Source of the DNA: Polyangiaceae bacterium
Lineage (GTDB): Bacteria; Myxococcota_A; Polyangia; Polyangiales; Polyangiaceae
DNA: 64,000 nt
Assembly (NCBI GenBank): GCA_044376115.1
Contig: JBILLK010000007.1
Span: forward strand, 32,001 to 96,000
Direction: 5' to 3'
In this document: piece by piece, positions 44,778 through 54,987 of the stretch
How the letters are laid out: every line of letters begins with the position of its first letter
Position numbering within the stretch: the stretch's first letter is position 1
The notes under the pieces: generated by a model
What the model saw: only the letters and a program-made list of their open reading frames with translations
Told to the model about the DNA's origin: nothing
The model's database searches: none
Translations under genes and position numbers: made by a program

Positions 44778-46556
44778 TTACGTCGACTTCTTGGTGCTCG
44801 CGGGGCGTGAAGTCCCAGCGACGAGCCACTGCGCCTCGACCCCACGCGTTGCGGGCTTGAGCGTCGCTTTGCCCTTTGCCAACGTGAGCGCGATGCCATC
44901 GCCCCATTTGGTGAGCGGCGGCAGGCTGAGCGTCTTTTGGCCTTTGATCGCCTTCATTCCAGCGTCGTCCACCAAGAAGCAGGCGATGCCTTCCGAAGCG
45001 AGCGTGGTTACCACTTGGCGCGGCAGCGTCACGGCGACGAGGCCGCGCACATGCTCACGCACCAAATGCGTATCTCCAGCGCGGCGAACGGCGTCCAGGC
45101 TGTCGAGCACCCAGATGAAGCCCTCCGTCTTTTCGGCGCGGGCGGCCGGGATGGCGGCGGACTCGAGCACCTCAAGGTTGAGCGCCTCCTTGTAACCGTC
45201 GGCCGGGGAAGCGCCCGAAGGCTTCTTGGTTCCCTGCGACTCGGTGCCTTTCTTGTCACGCAAGACGAGCACGTCATCGGTCGGAAGGGCTCGGGGCACG
45301 GTGACGCGGACCGGCCGCTTGAAGCTGCGCGGGTCCCCGACGGTTCCCGTTGCCACGGCGTAGGCGAGCGTTTCCGCCGAGCCAACCACGAAGCGCGGCC
45401 GTCCGGGCTCCGGATCCGCGGTGCGCAGGGACACCGTGCCTTTCGGCGGTGGGTACACCTCAGACGAAATCACCCGCAGATCCGGCTCCACGATGCGTGC
45501 GCCGGTTGCGACGAGATCCACCAGCGCGCCCGATTGAGCGAGAACCTCCAGCACTTGGCGGGATGGTGGTGAAACCAAAAGGTCGAGCCGCGAAGGAACC
45601 CGCTTCGACTTGAGCAGCATGGCTGCCGCGAGCATGTCCCGCAGGGTTGCGCCGCTGTCCCCGCCGAGCACCACTTGCCCAACCGGTTTGCCTTGCAGAT
45701 CACGCACCGGACGAACCACGCCGTCCTCATCCATGATCAGCGGATCCACCGTGCCGAGATCCAGGCTGATGACCTCTTCGCAAGGGGCGCCGGGATCCGG
45801 AACGATCGCACGATGCGCTTTGCTTCGACGCTGGTCTCGGAGGAAGACCTCGGTCTTTTCATCGCTGACGAATATGGCCGCAGCGGCGCCAACTTGCGGC
45901 GCAATGCCTGCGAGCACCGCGCGTTCCGGCACCGACAATAGCCGCGCGCTCGGCCCAGCGAACTCAAGCACCACGGGCGCTTGATGCTCCGCTTCAATCC
46001 GTCTTACCACTTCATCGAGACCGCGGCGCAGCAGCTCGAGCGCGACGTCGCGGGCACAGATGAACGGCCGAGCTCGGCCGCCGAGGTGGATCTGCACGCT
46101 GCGTGGCGGCCTCAGCCAAACGCTGCCCGTTGCGAGCGCTTGCCCGAGCATGGCGGGCGATACAACCAGCGCCAACATACCGACGCCACCGACCGTTGCG
46201 AGCCGCGGGTCATCCGTCAAACACAGCCGGGCAGGCGCTGCGAAGCGCTCGAGGTGCACCGGACCAGGAAAGCCGATGCCAGGCCGAGCGATTTGGATGT
46301 TGAAGCCCGGTAGCTCCGCCGGTGTGCTGCGCGGCCCGCGGTCCTCTGCGTCTTGCAACGAAGCAGCGTCGGTCACGCACGTCCCGTCATAGGCGATGGC
46401 GACCTCGATCGAGGTCTTCTTCATGCCCAGGGCCAGCGCCTCTCCAAGCGCGCGTCCCGCGGAACGCGAGAGCACCACCTGGTCCACTTTCACTTGCACC
46501 AAATCCCCTCGCAGCTGCGGATCTGCAGCCCGGCCGGCGAGGATCTTCTGAGGCAT
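44778..46556 (-). CDS. Aconitase-family protein lacking Fe-S and catalytic residues
   Basis: QKIL, RPG.G...VHLERF, LSVPERA, SDE.T, PPSRQVL, GARI, GDPR scaffold, with no cluster Cys. Confidence 0.85.
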   Translation of the reverse strand: MPQKILAGRAADPQLRGDLVQVKVDQVVLSRSAGRALGEALALGMKKTSIEVAIAYDGTCVTDAASLQDAEDRGPRSTPAELPGFNIQIARPGIGFPGPVHLERFAAPARLCLTDDPRLATVGGVGMLALVVSPAMLGQALATGSVWLRPPRSVQIHLGGRARPFICARDVALELLRRGLDEVVRRIEAEHQAPVVLEFAGPSARLLSVPERAVLAGIAPQVGAAAAIFVSDEKTEVFLRDQRRSKAHRAIVPDPGAPCEEVISLDLGTVDPLIMDEDGVVRPVRDLQGKPVGQVVLGGDSGATLRDMLAAAMLLKSKRVPSRLDLLVSPPSRQVLEVLAQSGALVDLVATGARIVEPDLRVISSEVYPPPKGTVSLRTADPEPGRPRFVVGSAETLAYAVATGTVGDPRSFKRPVRVTVPRALPTDDVLVLRDKKGTESQGTKKPSGASPADGYKEALNLEVLESAAIPAARAEKTEGFIWVLDSLDAVRRAGDTHLVREHVRGLVAVTLPRQVVTTLASEGIACFLVDDAGMKAIKGQKTLSLPPLTKWGDGIALTLAKGKATLKPATRGVEAQWLVAGTSRPASTKKST

Positions 46557-46923
46557 CGTGCGGGGAGGGTCCCCAGCTCGTGCACGCATGGGCGTCGTTT
46601 TCCTTTGTTCCGATGGTCAGAAGCGAGGTGCTTTGACCCGAGATTCCCTCGACGCCCTCCCGAAGCGGTGGTGCGAGAGGCTCAGCCGCGCCAGAGTGGC
46701 TCCTCGGGAATCCTTGGAGGCTCGGGCGATCAGTCCCTCGGTCAACTGAGCGAGTGCACGTTACCCGCTCGAAACGGAAAGGGTCAAGGCGCAACTAGAG
46801 GCCGGGCGCACGTGCCGTATCCACCGAATTCCGCCGGGACGCAAGACGTAAACCTGCGAGGATTTACGCGCGATTAACCCTGTTCTTTACCTGCGCACCC
46901 TTTCGCCGATAGAGTTTGAAGCC

Positions 46924-47289
46924 ATGTTCCAAACCCTGCTGAAGGAAGTCGTCGACAACGTTGATGGTGGTCTCGCAACGACCGTCATGGACTTTGAAGG
47001 CATCGCGGTGGACACCTACGCCAAGCCGAACGCGCCTGTCGACTTCGACATCAACACCATCGGCGCAGAGTTCAGCGTGGTGCTCAAGGCGATTCAACGC
47101 GCTTCGCAAATGCTCGAGTCCGGAGAGCCGGCAGAGGTGACGATCCAGGCGGAGAAGGTCACGACGTTGATCCGCGTCGTCTCGGATATCTACTTCGTCG
47201 CCATCACCATGACCCCGGGCGGCAACCTCGGGAAGGCCCGCTACATGTTGCGCACGCGCGTGCCGGCACTGCTCAAAGAACTATCGTGA
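46924..47289 (+). CDS. mglC: Roadblock/LC7 protein, MglC-like
   Basis: VV.NV.G.LA..VM.F.GI.VD motif and GNLGKARY.LR. Adjacent to accB-accC, as recalled for M. xanthus mglC. Confidence 0.65.
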   Translation: MFQTLLKEVVDNVDGGLATTVMDFEGIAVDTYAKPNAPVDFDINTIGAEFSVVLKAIQRASQMLESGEPAEVTIQAEKVTTLIRVVSDIYFVAITMTPGGNLGKARYMLRTRVPALLKELS

Positions 47290-47296
47290 GCAGGTC

Positions 47297-47782
47297 GTGA
47301 GCCGCGCCGAGCGCATACGCGTGCTCGTGCTCTCGGGTCCAAACTTGGCGGAGATCGGTAGGCGAGAACCTGAGATCTACGGAACCGAGAGCTATCGGAC
47401 GATCATGGAAGAACTCGTGGCGGTGACGCGGGAGACGAGCGCGGTCGACTGCGTCGCTCGGCAAAGCAACCACGAGGGCCAGTTGATTGATTGGATCGCG
47501 AGCGCCGCCGAAGACGGGTTCGCCGGCATCGTGTTCAACCCGGGCGCGCTGACCCACACCTCGATCGCCCTGCTTGACGCTGTGCGTGGTTGCGGGCTGC
47601 CTTGCATCGAGGTGCACCTGTCGAACCCGGAGGCCCGTGAGGCGTTTCGTCGCCGTTCGTACGTTGGGCGCGCTTGTCTAGCAAAAGTCGCTGGTTTCGG
47701 AAAAGACTCGTACCTGCTCGCGGTTCGGGGCCTCGTGGCCCATCTGGAGCGCGCGGCCGCAAGGAAAGCTCTTCACGCATAG
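47297..47782 (+). CDS. aroQ: Type II 3-dehydroquinate dehydratase
   Basis: GPNL...G.REPEIYG, QSNHEG, NPGALTHTS, EVHLSN...RE.FR. Confidence 0.96.
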   Translation: MSRAERIRVLVLSGPNLAEIGRREPEIYGTESYRTIMEELVAVTRETSAVDCVARQSNHEGQLIDWIASAAEDGFAGIVFNPGALTHTSIALLDAVRGCGLPCIEVHLSNPEAREAFRRRSYVGRACLAKVAGFGKDSYLLAVRGLVAHLERAAARKALHA

Positions 47783-47937
47783 CGTCAGTGCGTCAAAGCG
47801 TGGCACAGTGCGTCTCGCATTCGTGGTTGCAGCGCTTCGGCAATTGAGCCTGGCGTTCCGATTTGCTAGCAGGGTGGGAACGGGTGTTCTCTACCGTGAG
47901 GTCGGGTCACACGAAAACTCCTGGAGGATTCCGCAGC

Positions 47938-48417
47938 GTGAACATCGATATTCAGCAGCTCAAGGCGCTGATCACTGCCCTCGCAGAGGGGGGCGTCAAC
48001 GAGTTCGAGTTCGAGGACGAGCACGTTCGTCTGAAGATTGGCCGTGGAACTCCACAGCTCGCGCAGCCGAGCTTTGCTCAGGCTCCCTACATCGCGTCGC
48101 TCATGCCGTCGGAGCCACCGGCGTCGGTGCGGCCGCCACCCTCGGTTCCGCCGGAGGCCGTCGAAGACGACAGCAAGACGGCCTACATCACCTCGCCGTT
48201 CGTCGGCACGTTCTATCGCCAACCGTCGCCCGATGCCCCGCCTTTCGTCGAGGTCGGGTCGAAGGTGCGTGAGGGCCAAGCCCTGTGCATCGTCGAGGCG
48301 ATGAAGTTGATGAACGAGATCGAGGCGGACGTCGCCGGAACCATCGTCGACATCCTCTGTGAGAACGGAAAGCCCGTTGAGTTCGGGCAGAAGCTCTACA
48401 AAATTCGCACCGCCTAG
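47938..48417 (+). CDS. accB: Acetyl-CoA carboxylase biotin carboxyl carrier protein
   Basis: SPFVGTFY and EAMKLMNEI biotinylation motif. Confidence 0.96.
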   Translation: MNIDIQQLKALITALAEGGVNEFEFEDEHVRLKIGRGTPQLAQPSFAQAPYIASLMPSEPPASVRPPPSVPPEAVEDDSKTAYITSPFVGTFYRQPSPDAPPFVEVGSKVREGQALCIVEAMKLMNEIEADVAGTIVDILCENGKPVEFGQKLYKIRTA

Positions 48418-48431
48418 GGTCGAACGCCACC

Positions 48432-49778
48432 ATGTTCAAAAAGGTCCTGATTGCGAATCGCGGCGAGATCGCGATGCGTATCCTGCGCGCTTGCCGCATG
48501 CTCGGTATTCGAACAGTCGCGATTCATTCGACTGCGGATGACGAGGCTCTGCACGTTCGTTTCGCGGACGAAGCGGTGTGCGTAGGTCCGCCGGATGCTG
48601 CCAAGAGTTACCTCAATGTGCCGGCGATCATCGCGGCCGCCGAGGTTACCAACGCCGACGCCATCCATCCGGGCTACGGCTTTTTGAGCGAGAACGCGGC
48701 CTTCGCTGAGCTGTGTCGCAAGTGTCGGTTGACGTGGATCGGGCCGACGCCCGAGGCCATGCGGCAATGGGGTGACAAGGTCACTTCGCGTACCAACGCG
48801 GCCAAATACGGCCTGCCGCTCTTGCCGGGAACCGGCGTCCTCGCCGACGCGGATGAAGCCGCTACTCGAGCCGCGGAGATCGGCTTTCCGGTGATCCTGA
48901 AGGCGTCTGGCGGCGGCGGTGGCCGCGGCATGCGCATCGTTCGCAACGCCGACGAGATCCACCGTGGCTTCGAGACCTGCCGGCACGAGGCCCAGGTCGG
49001 TTTCAAGAATCCCGATGTCTACCTCGAGCGCTATGTCGAAGAGCCGCGGCATATCGAGTTCCAGGTGCTGGCCGATCAACACGGCGGTATTTGGACGCTC
49101 GGTGAACGCGAGTGCTCGTTGCAGCGCCGCCACCAGAAGGTCGTTGAAGAGGCTCCCAGCCCGGCGATGACGAATGAGCTGCGGGCGTCCCTCGGCGAGA
49201 AGATCCGCAACGCCATCGGGTCAACCGGCTACACCTCGCTCGGCACGCTCGAGTTCCTGATGGATGAGCGCAAGAACCTCTATTTCATGGAGATGAACAC
49301 GCGCGTCCAAGTCGAGCATCCGGTCACCGAGATGACCACTGGCGTGGACCTGGTGGAGATGCAGATCCGCGCTGCTGCGGGCGAGAAGTTGCAGCTCGCA
49401 GACACGCGGCCGTGGAGCTTCCGCGGCCACGCCATCGAGTGTCGCATCAACGCCGAGGACCCCAAGACGTTCGCTCCTTGGCCGGGGAAAATCACCAGCT
49501 ATCACCCGCCGGGTGGTGGTGGCGTCCGGGTGGACTCGGGCATTTACGGTGGCTTCCGCGTCCCGCCCAATTACGATGCGCTGCTTGCGAAGGTGATCGT
49601 CCATGCGCCCACCCGCGAGGAGGCCATGCAGAAAATGCGGGTCGCGCTCGACGAGTTCATCATCGACGGCATTCGCACCAACATCCCGCTTCACATCGCT
49701 TTGCTCAATGAGCCAGCCGTGATCGCCGGGGACATGAGCACCCGAACCATTGAACGAGTGGTGGCGCGCGGTTTCTGA
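48432..49778 (+). CDS. accC: Acetyl-CoA carboxylase biotin carboxylase
   Basis: ANRGEIA, HPGYGFLSEN, GGGGRGMR, EMNTRVQVEH. Confidence 0.97.
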   Translation: MFKKVLIANRGEIAMRILRACRMLGIRTVAIHSTADDEALHVRFADEAVCVGPPDAAKSYLNVPAIIAAAEVTNADAIHPGYGFLSENAAFAELCRKCRLTWIGPTPEAMRQWGDKVTSRTNAAKYGLPLLPGTGVLADADEAATRAAEIGFPVILKASGGGGGRGMRIVRNADEIHRGFETCRHEAQVGFKNPDVYLERYVEEPRHIEFQVLADQHGGIWTLGERECSLQRRHQKVVEEAPSPAMTNELRASLGEKIRNAIGSTGYTSLGTLEFLMDERKNLYFMEMNTRVQVEHPVTEMTTGVDLVEMQIRAAAGEKLQLADTRPWSFRGHAIECRINAEDPKTFAPWPGKITSYHPPGGGGVRVDSGIYGGFRVPPNYDALLAKVIVHAPTREEAMQKMRVALDEFIIDGIRTNIPLHIALLNEPAVIAGDMSTRTIERVVARGF

Positions 49779-49785
49779 TCGACCG

Positions 49786-49820
49786 CTCGGCCGTCTTTGT
49801 TGAAGGCGGCCGAGTCATTC
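49786..49820 (+). terminator. Hairpin/terminator after accC
   Basis: CTCGGCCGTCTT-TGTTG-AAGGCGGCCGAG stem. Confidence 0.55.
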
Positions 49821-49862
49821 TGTTTACCGCTCGTTCGACTGTGCTAGAGCGAGGGCGGTCAG

Positions 49863-52800
49863 ATGTCCGCTCAAGCAGAAATCAACGGAAAGTCCCACGG
49901 AATCTCGCACTCTTCTACGCCGCTTGGCAGCCAAGCTGCGGGGCCGCTGCAGCGAGATTTCGAGCGTTGGAAGCAAGCCACCAAAGACCCCTCGGAGCTG
50001 AAGCTCGGAGTTGAAGGCTTTGCTTACCCGGACCTTTTCGACGCGGCCAAGCTCAGCGAGTTGATGAAGCTGTTCGAGGTTGGGCTGGCCGAGTCCGACC
50101 CGACGGCCTGGCAGCTGCTCGAGTCCTACCGCGCCAAAGGCGCAGAGCTCGGTCCGCTCGAGGTGAGCCGTGCGTTGCTCGCGGTTGCGCCGCACGTATC
50201 GCGTTTCATCGGGCGCCTGTTCAACGTGCAAGACGAGTTGGCGGCCAAGCTCAGCGCCGTGAACGAGCGCAAGCCGCTGTGGGACTTCAAGCGTGACTTC
50301 GTCAAGAAGCGCGTTCACAAGGCGAACGCTGCGCAGAGCTTCAGCCAGCGGGTCGCAGCGTTGTCGCCCGCCGAGCAAGCGAGCTTGGCCAATGCGGTGC
50401 TCGCTGCCGCCGTTACGGTCGCGGCGCCGGGCAAGGCAACGCCGGTGCCGGGGAGCTCGGATGAGGAGGATCTCGTCGCGCGCGCCGTGCTGTTCGTGCT
50501 CGAGATCGACGAGACGGGCCGCAAGGCTGCCAAGGCCGGCGGTGCGGTCTGGACGGAGGAGCTTCACGCGCGCGTTGCGCGGCTGCGCGAGAAGCTCGCG
50601 TCGCTCGCTGGCGTGCCCAGCGACGTGCTGCAGCTGGCTGCGAGCGTGCCCACCGACGCTGAGGATCTTGCGGTCACGGCGTTCGTGCTCGAGGCTGCGG
50701 AGGCCGCTTTGGCTTGGCGTTCGCGTGATCACCATGACCCTGTGTCGAAGTGGCCGTCATTGCGCGCTGCTCACACGGTCGAGCCGACGCAGCTCGTGAA
50801 GTTGCGCCGGCCGGATGAGGCGTTGCCCGAGCTCTTCGTCGGGCCGGAAGATGAGGTGCGTGCGCGTGACGGCTTTGCGCTGACCGATCGTCGCCGCGAC
50901 GGCCGCGCAGTCGAGCAAGAGGTGGACTACTGCCTGCTTTGTCACGACCGCGACAAGGACTCGTGCTCCAAGGGCCTGCGTGAGCCGAAGACGCAGGCGA
51001 TCAAGAAGAACGCGCTTGGCGTATCGCTCGATGGTTGTCCGCTCGAGGAGAAAATCTCCGAGATGCACACCATGCGCGGGGCAGGGGATTCGCTCGCGGC
51101 GCTCGCGCTGATCTGCGTGGACAACCCGATGTTGCCCGGGACCGGGCATCGCATCTGCAACGATTGCATGAAGGGCTGCGTGTTTCAGAAGCAGGAGCCG
51201 GTGAACATCCCCGAGGTGGAGACCAGCGTCCTCACCGACATCCTGAGTCTGCCCTGGGGCTTCGAGATCTACGGCTTTCTCACGCGCTGGAACCCGCTCA
51301 ACATCGCGCGGCCGACGATGCGCGCGTACAACGGCAAGAACGTATTGGTCGTGGGCTTGGGCCCGGCGGGCTACACGCTCTCGCACCACCTTTCGCAAGA
51401 AGGCTTCTTCGTCACCGCGATGGACGGCTTGAAGATCGAGCCGCTGCCGGTCGAGCTGACCGGGGACGAACAACATTCGCCCCGGCCGATCTTCGACTTC
51501 CAGGGTCTGTACGAGGAGTTGGACGAGCGCATCTTGCTCGGGTTCGGCGGCGTCAGCGAGTACGGCATCACCGTGCGCTGGGACAAAAACTTCCTCTCGG
51601 TGCTCTACATCACGCTCGCACGAAGCCGTAACTTCAAGGTGTTCGGCGGGGTTCGCTTCGGCGGTGCGATCACGCTCGAGGACGCTTGGCGGCTCGGCTT
51701 CGACCACGTGGCGATCGCGGCGGGCGCCGGCCGTCCGACCATCATCGACATCAAGAACAACCTCGCGCGCGGCATCCGCAAGGCCTCCGACTTCCTGATG
51801 GCGTTGCAGCTCTCCGGCGCCGCTAAACGCAGCAGCTTGTCCAACCTCGAGGTGCGCCTACCGGCGATCGTGATCGGCGGTGGGCTCACGGCGATCGATA
51901 CGGCGACCGAGCTGATCGCGTACTACCCGATCCAGGTTGAAAAGACCGCCGAACGCATCGCCGTCCTGATCACCGAGAAGGGCGACAAGGCGCTGGTCGA
52001 ATTGTTCGATGACGAGGAGCGGGCGTTCATCGCCGAGCAGCTCGGTCATGCGGCGCTGATTCGAGAGGAGCGCGCCAAGGCCGCAGCCGAGGGCCGTACG
52101 CCCAACTTCCAGGAGCTGATCGCCTCGTGGGGCGGTGTTTCCTTGGTTTACCGCAAGCGGGTGGTGGACTCGCCGGCCTACAGGCTCAACCACGAAGAGG
52201 TCGCCAAGAGTCTCGAGGAAGGCGTGCGCTACTTCGAGAACCTCTCGCCCGAGGAGGCCGTGCTCGACCGCTTCGGCGCGGTGAAGGCGATGAAGTTCGG
52301 CCGGCTCAAGCGCAACGAGGAGGGCAAGTGGGTGGACGCCAAAGAGACGCTGGAGCTCCCGGCGCGCACGGTGTGCGTAGCCGCGGGCACCCAGCCGAAC
52401 GTCACCTACGAGCGTGAATACCCGGGCACCTTCATGTTCGATTCGCGCGGGCAGTTCTTCCAGCCGCACACGGCGCGCACCAACGACCAGGGCGAGCTGG
52501 TGGTGGAGAAGGCCGAGCGCGCTCGCGACGGCTTCTTCACCAGCTACAACGACGGCAAACACGCCGTGAGCTTCTACGGAGACAACCACCCGCACTACGC
52601 GGGCTCGGTGGTGAAGGCGATGGCCAGCGCGAAGGACGCTTACCCCAAGGTCGCTGAGCTCTTCCGCCTGCACCTCGCCACGCTCGATCAAGAGCCGCAG
52701 GCCGCTCGCAATGCACGGCGCGCTCGCTTCGTGCGCACGCTCGAGGAGGAGTTCGGCGCGGTGGTCTACGAGGTCAACCGGCTGACCCCGACCATCGTCG

Positions 52801-53744
52801 AGGTGATCGTGAAAGCCACCGCAGCCGCCGCCAAGTTCGAGCCGGGGCAGTTCTATCGGTTGCAGAACTTCGAATGTTTGGCACCGATCGTCGGTGAAGA
52901 GGAGGGCGGGCTCGGCACGCGTCTGACGATGGAGGGCATCGCGCTTACTGGCGCCTGGGTGGACAAGGAGAAGGGCCTGCTCTCGCTGATCGCGTTGGAG
53001 ATGGGCACCAGCTCCAAGCTGCTCGCGAGCCTCAAGCCGGGAGAGCCGGTCGTGGTCATGGGGCCGACGGGCACTCCGACCGAAATCCCCGAGAACGAGA
53101 CGGTGCTACTCGCAGGCGGTGGCTTGGGCAACGCGGTGCTGTTCTCGATCGCCAAGGCCCTGCGTGCGCGCAAAGCCAAGGTCATCTACTTCGCCGGCTA
53201 CAAGAAGGGCGAGGACCTCTTTAAGCAAGAGGATATTGAAGTGGCGACCGACCAGGTGATCTGGTGCACCGATTCTGGCGTTGAGATCGCGCCGCGCCGC
53301 GAGAGTGACGTCCACTACCGAGGCAACATCGTGCAGGCGATGCTGGCCTACGCCAAGGGCGAGCTCGGCAAGCCGATCGTCAAGCTGAAGGAGGTGCACC
53401 GCATCATCGCCATCGGTAGCGATCGCATGATGAACGCCGTGCGAGATGCTCGGCACGGGGTGCTAGCGCCGTTTTTGGATCCCCGCCACGTGGCCGTCGC
53501 CAGCATCAACTCGCCGATGCAATGCATGATGAAGGAGGTCTGTGCGCAGTGCCTCCAACGTCACGTCGACCCAAAGACCGGCAAGGAGAGCTTCGTCTTC
53601 ACTTGCTACAACCAAGATCAGGATCTGGACGCGGTGGACTTCGAGAACCTGCGGGCCCGGCTCAAGCAGTCGAGCACGCAGGAGAAGGTCTCCAACGCTT
53701 ACTTCGACCACTTGGTCTCGGCCTATCACCTCGCTCGCGTTTGA
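49863..53744 (+). CDS. Fused GltD/NfnB-like and PyrK/NfnA-like FAD/Fe-S oxidoreductase
   Basis: CLLCH..CSKG..GCP..ICNDC...C Fe-S region, GLGPAG, GGGLTAID, then an FNR module GPTG/GGGLG and MQCMMKEVCAQC...C 2Fe-2S motif. Confidence 0.88.
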   Translation: MSAQAEINGKSHGISHSSTPLGSQAAGPLQRDFERWKQATKDPSELKLGVEGFAYPDLFDAAKLSELMKLFEVGLAESDPTAWQLLESYRAKGAELGPLEVSRALLAVAPHVSRFIGRLFNVQDELAAKLSAVNERKPLWDFKRDFVKKRVHKANAAQSFSQRVAALSPAEQASLANAVLAAAVTVAAPGKATPVPGSSDEEDLVARAVLFVLEIDETGRKAAKAGGAVWTEELHARVARLREKLASLAGVPSDVLQLAASVPTDAEDLAVTAFVLEAAEAALAWRSRDHHDPVSKWPSLRAAHTVEPTQLVKLRRPDEALPELFVGPEDEVRARDGFALTDRRRDGRAVEQEVDYCLLCHDRDKDSCSKGLREPKTQAIKKNALGVSLDGCPLEEKISEMHTMRGAGDSLAALALICVDNPMLPGTGHRICNDCMKGCVFQKQEPVNIPEVETSVLTDILSLPWGFEIYGFLTRWNPLNIARPTMRAYNGKNVLVVGLGPAGYTLSHHLSQEGFFVTAMDGLKIEPLPVELTGDEQHSPRPIFDFQGLYEELDERILLGFGGVSEYGITVRWDKNFLSVLYITLARSRNFKVFGGVRFGGAITLEDAWRLGFDHVAIAAGAGRPTIIDIKNNLARGIRKASDFLMALQLSGAAKRSSLSNLEVRLPAIVIGGGLTAIDTATELIAYYPIQVEKTAERIAVLITEKGDKALVELFDDEERAFIAEQLGHAALIREERAKAAAEGRTPNFQELIASWGGVSLVYRKRVVDSPAYRLNHEEVAKSLEEGVRYFENLSPEEAVLDRFGAVKAMKFGRLKRNEEGKWVDAKETLELPARTVCVAAGTQPNVTYEREYPGTFMFDSRGQFFQPHTARTNDQGELVVEKAERARDGFFTSYNDGKHAVSFYGDNHPHYAGSVVKAMASAKDAYPKVAELFRLHLATLDQEPQAARNARRARFVRTLEEEFGAVVYEVNRLTPTIVEVIVKATAAAAKFEPGQFYRLQNFECLAPIVGEEEGGLGTRLTMEGIALTGAWVDKEKGLLSLIALEMGTSSKLLASLKPGEPVVVMGPTGTPTEIPENETVLLAGGGLGNAVLFSIAKALRARKAKVIYFAGYKKGEDLFKQEDIEVATDQVIWCTDSGVEIAPRRESDVHYRGNIVQAMLAYAKGELGKPIVKLKEVHRIIAIGSDRMMNAVRDARHGVLAPFLDPRHVAVASINSPMQCMMKEVCAQCLQRHVDPKTGKESFVFTCYNQDQDLDAVDFENLRARLKQSSTQEKVSNAYFDHLVSAYHLARV

Positions 53745-53822
53745 AGCTTCGCAGCCTAGTGAAGGCGCTGCACCAGGGCGCAGGCCTTGCGCGAATGGGC
53801 CTCGGACCCCTAGGCTGCGCCG

Positions 53823-54125
53823 ATGCTGCTCCACATCACCTTGTCGGTGCGTCGTTCCGAGCTCGAAGCCTTTCGCACCTTCGAGCATCACGCTGCTCGG
53901 GTGATGTCCAAGCACGGCGGTTCGATCGAGCGGGTGCTCGTGCTCAAGACGCGGGAAGACGAGCCTCACAAGGAGGTCCACATCTTGTCGTTCCCGTCCG
54001 AGGACGCCTACGCGGCCTACCGCGCCAGCCCCGAAATTGCGGCCTTCCAGCCGATGCGCGAGGTGTCGGTCGTGCGCACCGAGTTGGCGGTGGCGACGCC
54101 CGGCCCCGACTACGGCGCAGTTTGA
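53823..54125 (+). CDS. DUF1330-like small protein
   Basis: KHGG, ILSFPS.DAY..Y.ASP pattern. Confidence 0.7.
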   Translation: MLLHITLSVRRSELEAFRTFEHHAARVMSKHGGSIERVLVLKTREDEPHKEVHILSFPSEDAYAAYRASPEIAAFQPMREVSVVRTELAVATPGPDYGAV

Positions 54126-54126
54126 G

Positions 54127-54987
54127 CTAGTGCGCCTTGCGCCCGACCTGCTCGGCGTTGAAGGCGTTCGGGCAGAGCGTTTGCACGCCGCAAGCTGCAC
54201 AGGCGGGCCGCTCGGCGCCACATACGCGGCGGCCGTGGAAGATCAGCGTGTGTGAAAGCGGATCCCAATCTTCCCGCGGGAACAGTGAGCACAGCGCCTG
54301 CTCGATTTCTTCCGGGGTGTTCTTGCGCGTGAAGCCGAGGCGTTGCGCGAGCCGGAGCACGTGCGTGTCCACCACTACGCCGTCTGGCGTGCCCCAAATC
54401 ACGCCGAGCACCACGTTGGCTGTCTTCCGCCCGACGCCAGGTAGTGCAACCAACGCGTCGATTGAGCGCGGCACTTCGCCACCGTGGTTTTGCACCAAGG
54501 CCGCAGCCAGCTTGACGATGTTCTTGGACTTGACGTTGTACATGCCAAGCCCGCCCGCCTTCAGCAGCTCGCCGACCTGCTCGGGGTTGGCGCCGCCGAG
54601 CGCCGCCGCCGTTGGGTAGGTCTCGAAAAGACGCGGCGTGACCTTGTTGACCGCCTTATCGGTGGTCTGCGCCGAGAGCACCGTGGCCACGAGCAGCTGG
54701 AACGGCCCGTCGTGATCGAGCTCGCAGTGGGCGTCGGGGTGGAGCTTCCTGAGCTCGGCGAAGGTGTTGCGCGCCTTCGCCGAACGCTCCGCGAGCGTGG
54801 GCGGGCGACGCGGGGGAGCGCCCGCGTTGCTCTCGCCCTTGGCTTTGGCCGCCGGGGTCTTGGTCTCGCCCGCGGCTTTGGCTGCCGTTTTGGCTTTGGA
54901 AGGCGCGGCCTTGGCCTCAGATGAGGTTGCTGGGGCGCTTTTTCGTGTCTTGCTCTTCGAAGAACTTTTCGATGCTTGAGAGGCCAT
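54127..54987 (-). CDS. nth: Endonuclease III
   Basis: LSAQTTD..VN, HhH LPGVGRKTANVV, VDTHV, C-x6-C-x2-C-x5-C cluster; Lys/Ala-rich N-terminal tail. Confidence 0.96.
   Translation of the reverse strand: MASQASKSSSKSKTRKSAPATSSEAKAAPSKAKTAAKAAGETKTPAAKAKGESNAGAPPRRPPTLAERSAKARNTFAELRKLHPDAHCELDHDGPFQLLVATVLSAQTTDKAVNKVTPRLFETYPTAAALGGANPEQVGELLKAGGLGMYNVKSKNIVKLAAALVQNHGGEVPRSIDALVALPGVGRKTANVVLGVIWGTPDGVVVDTHVLRLAQRLGFTRKNTPEEIEQALCSLFPREDWDPLSHTLIFHGRRVCGAERPACAACGVQTLCPNAFNAEQVGRKAH

Noticed and set aside
47800..47870. Sigma-54 promoter upstream of accB
   Set aside because: TGGC motifs are present but the GG-N10-GC spacing is not met.
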